Origin: an uncultured Bacilli bacterium
Lineage (GTDB): Bacteria; Bacillota_I; Bacilli_A; RF39; UBA660
NCBI GenBank assembly: GCA_947627805.1
Contig: CANQXB010000002.1
Span: 1-59,670 of the forward strand
DNA: 59,670 nucleotides
Direction of reading: 5' to 3'
The notes beneath the pieces are model-generated. The model was not told the DNA's origin and did no database searches. It saw only the letters and a program-made list of their open reading frames with translations. This document shows positions 53,801-59,670 of this stretch, piece after piece (within the stretch, counting starts at the first letter, position 1; each line of letters starts with the position of its first letter). The position numbers and the translations under genes were made by a program.

Positions 53801-56106
53801 TGGATAGTATTAAATTTGAACCAATGTCGTATCCAATGTTTATTTTGTTATTAATAGTGATTGGAATGATGATTTTTATTGCTATAATTGAACCGCGTAT
53901 TTCTAAAAGAAAGCTGTCTAACAAAAATGAACATGGTAGTAGTAAATTTGCAGATTTAAAAGAAATAAAAAGTAATTTTGATAAAGAAAAAATAAATAAT
54001 ATTAATAAAGTTGGATTCCCAGTGTGGTATGAAAAAATTGGAGATAAATTTGAAAATGTATATTTTGATAATAAATCTCCACATTTTTTATTAGTTGGTT
54101 CTACTGGTTCAGGTAAATCGGCAACAGTTTCTTTAAATATGAGTATTCATTTTGCAACAGCAAAAGAAAAACATTCAGTGGTTTTAACAGATCCTAAAGC
54201 AGAACTATTTAATGCCACAGGTAAAATATTTAAAGATAATGGTTATGATGTTGTTACAATAGATTTTAGAAATCCCACTCAATCAAATAAAATTAATATT
54301 ATGCAACCAATCATAGATGAATGGAAAGAACATTGTCTATATAATAAAAAGATGATGTTCTTTTTAATTCATTTTTTAAAAGTAAATAAGATTTCAATAA
54401 GTAAATTGTTTTCTTCTAAAAAGTATTTAGATGAAGTTAAAAGTAAATATAATTTAGAAAATTATATAATAGAAATAATTAAGAATAATCAAACGAAAAT
54501 AACTAAAGATATAAAAAGCAAAAAATTATATGATATTGATTTTATTAATAAATATAGTGGGGAAAAATTAAAACAATTTTTAGAGAGTAAATCAAATGAT
54601 AAAATATTGGAGGAAATTAAAACTAACCAAAATTTAAGTTCAAAACATCAAGCAGAAACAAATAGATTAGTAATATCTTTAGCTAATTTAATTTTTACTG
54701 AAAAAAATTCAAAGGATCCGTTTTGGATTAATAGTTCAAAACAATTATTTATTGGAATAGTTGGAATCTTTTTAGAAGATTATAAAGTTGGATTAATAGA
54801 TGAAAGTAAGATAAATATTTCAAGTGTAAAAAAATTTCAAACATCTTCATTAATTAAAGAAAATCAAGCATTTTTACAAAAGAATTTATCACAAAGAGAG
54901 TATGGTAGTTTATCAAAAGACTATCTAACTTCAATTTTATCATCCGCAGAAAACACATATAAATCTATAACGGCTGTCTTTGGTGAAAAGATGTCCATTT
55001 TTGATGATTTAAATGTAGAAAATATTACAAGTATTAGTGAATTTAATTTTACAAATATAGGTAAAAGACCAACAGCTTTATATATTATTGTTCCAGATGA
55101 AGATAGAGCATACTTTCAATTAGTTACAATTATAGTTGGAATGTTAATTAAAGACTTAACTAAATTTGCTAATTTAGAAGAAAATAAAGGTATATTACCT
55201 ATAAAAGTTGATTGGATATTAGATGAATTTGCTAACTGTCCTCCTTTAGATGCAATAGAAACAGTAGTATCAGTAGCGAGAAGTAGAGGGATGAGATTTT
55301 ATTTCTTTATTCAATCTTTTAGTCAGTTAGATCAAGTATATGGTAAAGAAATAGCTAACATTATTGAAGATAACTGTGCATTAGTGTATTTAAAAACAAA
55401 TACAGTTGAAACTGCGGAAGTAATAGCTAAGAAGTTAGGAAAAGCTACGATTGAAACTAATTCAATAAGTATGAGTACAGATCCATTTAAAGTTGGAGCT
55501 AATCAAACTAAATCATTAATGGGTAAAGAATTGCTAACTGCAAATGAAATAATTGCATTAAAATATAAAACTATTATTTTTCCTACTTTTGGAAATCCAA
55601 TATTTAGAGATACTTATTTATATAGCGATATTTACCCACAATATAAAAATTATCCAATTTTACATAGAAATACAAAAATATTAAAAAGATTAACTGAAAA
55701 CTATTATACAGTTGAAAAATTAAGAGAGTTAAGAAGTAATGATGAAACTGGAAGTTCTGAAATGATTACAAATGATTTAAAAAAGAACTTTCAAAGAAAT
55801 GTAAATAGACAATTAAGAAAAAGTACAAATAATCATAGTCAAGAAGAAGATATTAATTTTAAAAATTTTTTATCTTATATTCAAAACTTACGAATTTTTT
55901 TAAGAGATAAAATAAGTAATGAAATTAATACGGAAGATGATGTAATTATCTTTGAATTAAATAAAGTGTTAAATAAATTTGAATTAGCTAATATAAAGAG
56001 AATGAAAAACGACTCAGTTGTATTAGAAGTAGCAAGTAATAAAGAATTAAAGAAAACTTTATTAATAATGTGGCAAAATGAAATGGAGATGAGTAGAAAT
56101 ATATGA
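53800..56106 (+). CDS. VirD4/TraG-family type IV coupling protein
   Basis: It has an N-terminal TM helix. Walker A is LLVGSTGSGKSAT and Walker B is DWILDEFANCPP. The size is 768 aa. Confidence 0.85.
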   Translation: MDSIKFEPMSYPMFILLLIVIGMMIFIAIIEPRISKRKLSNKNEHGSSKFADLKEIKSNFDKEKINNINKVGFPVWYEKIGDKFENVYFDNKSPHFLLVGSTGSGKSATVSLNMSIHFATAKEKHSVVLTDPKAELFNATGKIFKDNGYDVVTIDFRNPTQSNKINIMQPIIDEWKEHCLYNKKMMFFLIHFLKVNKISISKLFSSKKYLDEVKSKYNLENYIIEIIKNNQTKITKDIKSKKLYDIDFINKYSGEKLKQFLESKSNDKILEEIKTNQNLSSKHQAETNRLVISLANLIFTEKNSKDPFWINSSKQLFIGIVGIFLEDYKVGLIDESKINISSVKKFQTSSLIKENQAFLQKNLSQREYGSLSKDYLTSILSSAENTYKSITAVFGEKMSIFDDLNVENITSISEFNFTNIGKRPTALYIIVPDEDRAYFQLVTIIVGMLIKDLTKFANLEENKGILPIKVDWILDEFANCPPLDAIETVVSVARSRGMRFYFFIQSFSQLDQVYGKEIANIIEDNCALVYLKTNTVETAEVIAKKLGKATIETNSISMSTDPFKVGANQTKSLMGKELLTANEIIALKYKTIIFPTFGNPIFRDTYLYSDIYPQYKNYPILHRNTKILKRLTENYYTVEKLRELRSNDETGSSEMITNDLKKNFQRNVNRQLRKSTNNHSQEEDINFKNFLSYIQNLRIFLRDKISNEINTEDDVIIFELNKVLNKFELANIKRMKNDSVVLEVASNKELKKTLLIMWQNEMEMSRNI

Positions 56107-56699
56107 AAAGGGTATGTAAAATAATAGCTATATTATCCTTTTTAATGATAGTAATTTATTTTAGCTATATGTTTATAACAAAAGAACAAATGAAAAAAGA
56201 AGTAAATGAATATATAGAGGAAACAAGTTATGTTCAAAATGAAGAAACAGAAAATAGTGAAAAAGAAAATAATAATACAAATAAAAAAGAAATTAATTAT
56301 ACCTCTATATTAGAAATACCTAGTATAAATTTAAAAGAGGGACTTGTTGATAATACTAAAAACTTTAATTCTATTAAATACGCAATAAGTATTGATAATA
56401 GTAGTAAATATCCAGATGTTAATGGGAATTTTATTTTGTATGCTCATTCTGGAAATAGTAAAGTAGCATTTTTTAGAAATTTAGTTAAAGTGAATCTAAA
56501 TGATAAAGTTTACGTTTATTATAATGGAGTTAAATACGAATATGAAATATTTGATAAATATGATATAGAAAAAACAGGAAAGGCAAGTGTATTAGTAACA
56601 GATAAAGAAAGATATATCACCTTAATTACTTGCAATCAAAGTCATAAAGGTTATCAAGTTGTTTTAGTCGGAAAACAAACTAATCAAATTAATTATTAA
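56103..56699 (+). CDS. Sortase-family transpeptidase (atypical: no Arg after the TLxTC Cys)
   Basis: It has an N-terminal TM anchor. FILYAHSG supplies the His and YITLITC the Cys. The sequence after the Cys is NQSHKGYQVVLVGKQTNQINY, which has no Arg. It has an ATGA overlap with the T4CP gene. Confidence 0.7.
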   Translation: MKRVCKIIAILSFLMIVIYFSYMFITKEQMKKEVNEYIEETSYVQNEETENSEKENNNTNKKEINYTSILEIPSINLKEGLVDNTKNFNSIKYAISIDNSSKYPDVNGNFILYAHSGNSKVAFFRNLVKVNLNDKVYVYYNGVKYEYEIFDKYDIEKTGKASVLVTDKERYITLITCNQSHKGYQVVLVGKQTNQINY

Positions 56700-56725
56700 T
56701 TTTTAATATAAAAGGGGGAATTTGT

Positions 56726-56908
56726 GTGAACGAAAATAAAAAGAAAAGAAAATGGACTTGGGAACTAACCGAAGTTATTAATCCTATGTTATCTGAAGGA
56801 GAAATAAGTGATTTAGTTAATCGTAAACTAGCATATATCATTTTAGAATTAGAGCATAATCCAATAAATTATATTAAAGTTGATAAAGTTACGGATAGTA
56901 CGCTGTAA
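56726..56908 (+). CDS. Hypothetical small protein
   Basis: 60-aa ORF with a GTG start 7 nt after AAAGGGGG. Confidence 0.4.
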   Translation: MNENKKKRKWTWELTEVINPMLSEGEISDLVNRKLAYIILELEHNPINYIKVDKVTDSTL

Positions 56909-56922
56909 TTTAAAAAAGGACA

Positions 56923-56931
56923 TGATATAAT
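56923..56931 (+). promoter_or_regulatory. Extended -10 element (TGATATAAT) upstream of the recombinase gene
   Basis: TGnTATAAT match about 90 nt upstream of the ATG at 57020. Confidence 0.35.
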
Positions 56932-57019
56932 GAATGTAGTTATTATAAGACATTTATATATCATTATAAATGCTTTTCTAAAAAGAAATTATAAGTATTT
57001 TTGGAGGAGAGAAAAATAA

Positions 57020-59005
57020 ATGATATTAAATGTAATTAAGGAAGGTGAATATACAAATTATAATAATATTTTAAAAAATGCTAATACGGTACCAGAAGAA
57101 ACAACCGCCGATAAAGTACAATTAAAAAGAATTAAAGAATTAATTGATGAAAAAAATTTAATGTATGTATCGTCCAATGTAAAAAAACTTCTTGGAATAA
57201 CTAAAGTAGATGATCCAGATTGTTTTAAAAAGAAACAAAATGGAACAAGGAGAATTGTTCAAGATGGAGAAAAATTTAGAGTAATTCTATATATAAGATT
57301 ATCCCAAGAAGATGGTGATTTGGAAAATGGAGATGTATCTGGTAGTATAAAAAATCAATTACTTTATTTACTTGATGAGTGTTCAAAAAGAGATTGGACA
57401 GTAGTAGGAATATTTTGTGAAGAAGATATTAGTGGAGTAGATGATAATAGACCAGAGTGGTTAAAATCAATACGATTTGCCGAAGTAGGAAACACAGAAA
57501 TAGTTTTATGCAAAAGTCAATCAAGATTTACTCGTTCAATGGAAATGGTTGAAAAATACTTGCATAAATGCTTTCCAGAATGGAATGTTAGATTTCTAGG
57601 ATTAGTTGATAATTCAGATACTAGTGTAGAAGAAAATAAAAAATCAAGACAAATAAATGGGCTAGTAAATGAATGGGCTGTAGAGGAAACATCTAAAAGT
57701 ACAAGAGCTACACTTAATTCAATGAAAAAGAATGGTGAATTTGTTGGTAGTTTTGCACCTTATGGATATATTATAGATCCTAAAGATAAACATCATCTTA
57801 TTCCAGATTATTATGCAAGAGAGGCAGTAAGGATTATGGCTGGAATGTTAAAACACGGAAAAAGCATGACTGCAATAATTGAAGTCTTAATGAGAAAAAA
57901 ATTTTTAACACCAGCAGATTATAAAACATCGAGAGGAATAAAAGTAAAAAGAGGAAATCCTATAAAGAGTATTAGATATAAAGTTGAAAAAGGAGAAACT
58001 TTAAAATCAATAGCATATAAATTTTATGTTACGGTAGATGAAATAAAAAAAGAAAGTAATCTACAAACTAAAAAGGTTTCCGAAGGTGATATTCTAATAA
58101 TTCCACACAAAAGAAAATGGACATCTCAAATGATAAGAAATATTGTTACTGATGAAACACAAATAGGATCACTTGTACAAGGTAAAGCCGAAAGAACAAG
58201 TTTTAAAAACAAAAAATTGATTTTTAAACCAAAAGAAGAATGGATAGTTGTTCCGCATTGTCATGAGGCAAATTTAGATTTAGAAACATTCCAAATTGTA
58301 AGTGCAATGTTTAAACCTAATAGAAGAAACAGAAGTCAAAAGAATGGGGAATTACCTTTGTTTTCAAAAAAAGTTTATTGCCCTTATTGTGGAAGGCCTT
58401 TTTATAAAAATAATTCAAGAGTAAAATCAGGAAATAAAGAATATTTAAGATGTAAAGGAAATGCAGGAGTTGATGGACATGTATGTGATAATACAGAATC
58501 CATTGATATAGAAGATTTAAAAAGTTATGTTTTAGATTGTATTAAAGCTAAAATAAAAGAATATTTTGATTTAAACAAATTAAATAAAGAATATTATAAA
58601 CAAAATATCTATTCAAATATTGATAACGATATAAAGAATCTTGAAAAGGAAAAAAGCAAAATAGAATCAGATATACAAAATAAAAAGAATATACTTGTTC
58701 AGGTTTATGCTGACAAGGTAAATGGTACTTTAGATATAGCAGAATTTAATATTATAAAAGAAAGCAATACTTCACAAATTAATCAACTTGAAGATAAATT
58801 ATTGGGAATAAATAATGATATAAATAATTTGTTAATTGATAAAGAAAAACAAGTTGATAAAGAAAAAATTTTTGAACAATATAAAGATATTAAAGAATTA
58901 AATAGAGTAATATTAGATACGTTTATTTCAAGAATTGAAATAAGTAAAGTTAATAAAGACACATTAACGAGACCAATTAAAATAGAATGGAATTTCTATA
59001 ATTAA
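57020..59005 (+). CDS. Large serine recombinase with an inserted LysM domain
   Basis: The resolvase catalytic core is VILYIRLSQEDG (Ser), SIKNQ, EDISGVDDNRPE and SQSRFTRS. A recombinase domain (FAPYGY) and a zinc ribbon (CPYCGRPF...CKGNAGVDGHVCDN) are present, followed by a coiled-coil tail. The LysM-like segment YKVEKGETLKSIAYKFYVTVDEIKKESNLQTKKVSEGDILIIP lies at aa 320-362. Confidence 0.85.
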   Translation: MILNVIKEGEYTNYNNILKNANTVPEETTADKVQLKRIKELIDEKNLMYVSSNVKKLLGITKVDDPDCFKKKQNGTRRIVQDGEKFRVILYIRLSQEDGDLENGDVSGSIKNQLLYLLDECSKRDWTVVGIFCEEDISGVDDNRPEWLKSIRFAEVGNTEIVLCKSQSRFTRSMEMVEKYLHKCFPEWNVRFLGLVDNSDTSVEENKKSRQINGLVNEWAVEETSKSTRATLNSMKKNGEFVGSFAPYGYIIDPKDKHHLIPDYYAREAVRIMAGMLKHGKSMTAIIEVLMRKKFLTPADYKTSRGIKVKRGNPIKSIRYKVEKGETLKSIAYKFYVTVDEIKKESNLQTKKVSEGDILIIPHKRKWTSQMIRNIVTDETQIGSLVQGKAERTSFKNKKLIFKPKEEWIVVPHCHEANLDLETFQIVSAMFKPNRRNRSQKNGELPLFSKKVYCPYCGRPFYKNNSRVKSGNKEYLRCKGNAGVDGHVCDNTESIDIEDLKSYVLDCIKAKIKEYFDLNKLNKEYYKQNIYSNIDNDIKNLEKEKSKIESDIQNKKNILVQVYADKVNGTLDIAEFNIIKESNTSQINQLEDKLLGINNDINNLLIDKEKQVDKEKIFEQYKDIKELNRVILDTFISRIEISKVNKDTLTRPIKIEWNFYN

Positions 59006-59114
59006 TAATTTCTTTAACTTTCTATTATTTATTAGAAGAGTATGGATTTTGGGCATAAGAAACATACTGGGGGGGGTATAATTAACACATAGAAAGGAAA
59101 GGTTTGTGAAAAAA

Positions 59115-59670
59115 ATGAAAAATTTAAAAATGTTTGCGATTGCTGTTATGGCTTTTGCTGTAATGGCTATGGGTGTTCATGCCACTTCTGATAATGGCGA
59201 TTACACACATGGAAATTGTACTACTGGTTGCGTTGCTAGTATTGGAAGTTCAAAATTCAAATATTTAGTTGATGCTATTGGTGATGCCAATTCCGGAGAT
59301 ACAATTAAATTACTTGCTAATGTATCTAGTTCAGTAGGTTTAGGTACTACTTCATCAGTATATGCTTTCGATTCATCTAAAGTATTAGATAAAGAACTTA
59401 CAATTAATATTGGAAGTCATGAATTAGATTTATCAAGTGCTGGATTATTTGTTGGAGAAAATGGTTCTTTAACAATAACTGGTGTTAAAGGTGGTAAAGT
59501 TACAACTGCTTCAACTGATTTATTTACAGTAAAAGATGGTGGTTCAGTAGTTACTAAAGGTGCTATAGAATTAGCAGCCACTACTTCTGGAGCTATTGCT
59601 AATGTTAATAATGGTAAGGTTGCTATTGGCGATGAAGCTAAATTAACATTTACTACAAATGCTGTTGTTA
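59115..59670 (+). CDS. Surface protein, N-terminal part (3' end cut by window edge); same family as 2..871 and 1035..2603
   Basis: My own translation is MKNLKMFAIAVMAFAVMAMGVHATSDNGDYTHGNCTTGC...GSLTITGVKGGKVTT...AKLTFTTNAVV. It has a signal peptide and the same Gly/Thr-rich repeat style as 1035..2603. An in-frame GTG at 59106 is an alternative start. Confidence 0.75.
   Translation, partial: MKNLKMFAIAVMAFAVMAMGVHATSDNGDYTHGNCTTGCVASIGSSKFKYLVDAIGDANSGDTIKLLANVSSSVGLGTTSSVYAFDSSKVLDKELTINIGSHELDLSSAGLFVGENGSLTITGVKGGKVTTASTDLFTVKDGGSVVTKGAIELAATTSGAIANVNNGKVAIGDEAKLTFTTNAVV

Noticed and set aside
56935-56985. Imperfect inverted repeat (ATAATGA ... TCATTAT, 26-nt spacing) upstream of the serine recombinase, considered as a candidate att/res core
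   Set aside because: It is only 7 bp of pure A/T-rich pairing in a region where such matches are expected by chance. There is no second copy elsewhere to define element ends.
1-59670. Simple circular closure of the window (joining nt 59670 to nt 1) to reconstitute one surface-protein gene
   Set aside because: The two partial ORFs are out of register by one nucleotide, and the direct join gives a TAG after 11 codons. Circularity is kept only as a hypothesis that requires missing sequence.
1-59670. A search for toxin genes, antibiotic-resistance genes, transposases/IS elements, tRNA/rRNA genes, and recognisable rep/par genes
   Set aside because: I recognised none in any frame. Absence of rep/par is stated only as 'not recognised by eye'. 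Candidates could hide among the hypothetical proteins (for example 33266..35105 next to the primase) and need HMM searches.

Overview
Very AT-rich DNA (roughly one-quarter G+C by eye) that looks Clostridium/Firmicute-like and reads as most of a Gram-positive conjugative element, either a plasmid or an ICE. No rRNA, tRNA, CRISPR array or IS transposase was seen. The layout has four parts. (1) 1-21 kb is an accessory region. It holds a sortase-B locus with three surface proteins carrying NPQTS/NVQTS/NPKTN signals, an Rpn-like PD-(D/E)XK nuclease, a C5 DNA methyltransferase split into two ORFs, XRE regulators, and a block of lipoproteins and adhesins (including a Cna-B protein and a CAP-domain protein). 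It also holds a LysR-NUDIX-oxidoreductase cassette. (2) 21-37 kb is a transfer module on a single strand. It starts with a promoter, leader ORF and terminator, followed by a sigma-r4/ArpU-like regulator, an RHH protein and a 1022-aa Cna-B/SpaA-repeat adhesin. These are followed by SSB, a VirB2-like pilin candidate, VirB6-like, VirB3-like and VirB4 ATPase genes, an M23 cell-wall hydrolase and a CHC2-Toprim primase. (3) 36.5-39.6 kb is the DNA-processing region. It has hairpin-rich oriT-like DNA, two small accessory proteins, a HxDx..HxH relaxase, and GC-rich 26-bp direct repeats. (4) 39.6-53.2 kb carries about 20 tightly packed, mostly acidic, uncharacterised ORFs with internal paralogy. I interpret this block as a leading-region-like establishment or anti-defence island. 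It is followed by a VirD4/TraG coupling protein, a second atypical sortase, and a large serine recombinase with an inserted LysM domain. I recognised no replication initiator or partition genes. Both window edges cut paralogous surface-protein genes. The function calls rest on motifs I read in the translations, not on database searches.
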